Shown here: one piece after another, positions 62,840 through 64,000 of the stretch
Layout: every line of letters starts with the position of its first letter
How positions within the stretch are numbered: the first letter of the stretch is position 1
DNA from: Phycisphaeraceae bacterium
GTDB taxonomy: Bacteria; Planctomycetota; Phycisphaerae; Phycisphaerales; Phycisphaeraceae
Assembly (NCBI GenBank): GCA_020849625.1
Contig: JADLFV010000123.1
Location: 10,605 to 74,604 of the forward strand
Length of the DNA: 64,000 bases
Direction: 5' to 3'
Notes under the pieces: model-generated
The model's input: only the letters and a program-made list of their open reading frames with translations
Database searches by the model: none
What the model was told of the DNA's origin: nothing
Translations under genes and position numbers: made by a program

Positions 62840-63998
62840 AGAACATCGCGTGCGCTTCGCGCAGCATGTCGAGCAATTGCCCGTCCAGCCCGCATTTTTG
62901 GGCGATCGGCTTGAGGGCTGCGACGTGTTGATCGATGTTGCCCGCGTTGCTGCCGGGCACCCAGTGGCCGCTGTTGCCGAGCATGGCGTAGCGCATCTGG
63001 CCGTAGGCGATCATGTCGTAGGCCCGCATCATGCCCAGCAGCCAGAAGATCATCTGCAGGTTCATCTGGCCCGGGGCCTGCTCCCAGTAGGGCAGCGCAC
63101 TGTGGAAGGGATCTCGCAGTGTGGGATGCAGATCAGCCCGCGCGTTTTCCAGTCGCTTGAGGATAGGCGGCAGGATTTCGTTCGCTTTTTCCAGCAGCGG
63201 CAGCATCTGCACGTGCAGGTCGAAGTCGCTGGGTCGGGCCGCCCCGATGCTCAGCGTGTGCACGTTGGGGTTTGACAGGCAGAACAGGTCGTTGAACTGC
63301 ATCGGCGGCAGCGGCTGTGTCAGCTTCACCAGCTTGTCGGGCGGATCGTAGAGTTTGCCGCCCTTGTCGGAGGGGCTGATGATGAACACGCCCATGTCGT
63401 GCCGGGCCGCTTCCTCGATGGCGGGCAGGTTGAGTTGGAAGATCCAGTACCAGTGCAGGTTGATGTAATCGAAGCCATTGTGCTCGGGATGGCGGATGCA
63501 GCGGAGGATGACCTCGGTGGGCGCGTGGGTGGAGAAGCCGATGTGTCGGGCCAGGCCGCGCTTTTGGATTTTGCGGGCAGCTTCCAGGCAACCGCCGGGG
63601 CGCAGGCTGATATCCGCCACGTGCGCATCATTGACCCCATGCAATGAGAACAGGTCCATGTAATCGAGCTTCAGTCGTTTCAGCGAATCTTCAAAGTCAG
63701 CGGTGAACTTGTCTGCATCCTCATGGGGCGCGACCTTGGTCTGCACGATGAGCTTTTCCCGCGGCAGCTTGGGCAGAATCGCCCCAAGCTGGCGTTCCGA
63801 TGAGCCATAGCCGCGCGCGGTTTCGATGTGATTGATGCCCAGCTCCAGGGCCCGGCTGATCGTGGCCTCCAGGTTACGCTGATTCGCCAGCGGCACCTGC
63901 GACAGCGGCACGTCCTGCCACTGGCACTGATAACGCATCCCCCCGCAACTGAACAGCGGCATCTGCAACCCGGTGCGTCCGAATCGTCGGTATTGCAT
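62805..63998 (-). CDS. Aldo/keto reductase family oxidoreductase
   Basis: MQYRRFGRTGLQMPLFSCGGMR, INHIETARGYGSSE, HGVND. Confidence 0.8.
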   Translation of the reverse strand: MQYRRFGRTGLQMPLFSCGGMRYQCQWQDVPLSQVPLANQRNLEATISRALELGINHIETARGYGSSERQLGAILPKLPREKLIVQTKVAPHEDADKFTADFEDSLKRLKLDYMDLFSLHGVNDAHVADISLRPGGCLEAARKIQKRGLARHIGFSTHAPTEVILRCIRHPEHNGFDYINLHWYWIFQLNLPAIEEAARHDMGVFIISPSDKGGKLYDPPDKLVKLTQPLPPMQFNDLFCLSNPNVHTLSIGAARPSDFDLHVQMLPLLEKANEILPPILKRLENARADLHPTLRDPFHSALPYWEQAPGQMNLQMIFWLLGMMRAYDMIAYGQMRYAMLGNSGHWVPGSNAGNIDQHVAALKPIAQKCGLDGQLLDMLREAHAMFFTEPKKPQSQN

Positions 63999-64000
63999 GG

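Overview
High-GC (roughly mid-60s % by eye), gene-dense chromosomal segment. The gene content (PEP-CTERM proteins, several sulfatases and BNR/sialidase-like enzymes, type III glutamine synthetase, Tat-signal oxidoreductases) suggests a PVC-group bacterium (Planctomycetota/Verrucomicrobiota-like); this is inference only.

Gene content, left to right:
- Truncated dienelactone hydrolase.
- Tandem array of four paralogous PEP-CTERM secreted proteins (1.1-3.9 kb).
- Translationally coupled glycan locus (4.0-13.0 kb): FemAB/GNAT-like protein, two MurF-like ligases, a pyruvyl transferase, a CapK/PaaK-like adenylating enzyme, a GT4 and a flippase.
- gdh and a sulfatase.
- tRNA-Leu(CAA).
- Glycan-degradation cluster (16.7-25.8 kb): FG-GAP protein, BNR sialidase-like protein, DHDPS/Neu5Ac-lyase-like protein, sulfatase, sialate O-acetylesterase, TIM-barrel isomerase, Gfo/Idh/MocA oxidoreductase.
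- M29 aminopeptidase.
- LPS-core-like cluster (two kinase-like genes, GT4, GT9, GmhB fusion).
- ispE, TetR, msbA-like ABC exporter, aroA, GroES-like protein.
- TolC plus membrane-fusion protein.
- rpsF-ssb-rplI, a DUF486/DMT protein, pyrR-pyrB, gmk.
- O-antigen-ligase/TPR protein, an aminotransferase, a PPIase lipoprotein, a HEAT/TPR protein, PilZ, ndk, MgtC, a PqaA-like protein and a second BNR protein.
- glnN (GS III), tRNA-Thr(CGT) and two aldo/keto reductases.

No rRNA, CRISPR, transposase, integrase, phage or recognisable defence genes were seen.

The most unusual signals are at the DNA level:
1. At least 12 long intergenic hairpins whose arms are themselves tandem arrays of 7-10 nt units, from several unrelated sequence families. 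They often overlap stop codons.
2. A 10-mer, CCCCCGGAAG (consensus GCCCCCGGAAGT), occurs 14 times in all reading frames and on both strands.
3. A 65-nt double-hairpin palindromic element occurs twice, once inside an intact O-antigen ligase ORF.
4. Small REP-like hairpins bracket a gene.

The most unusual protein-level signal is the PEP-CTERM array coupled to a peptide-ligase-rich glycan locus. All functional calls are by eye from motifs; no database search was possible.
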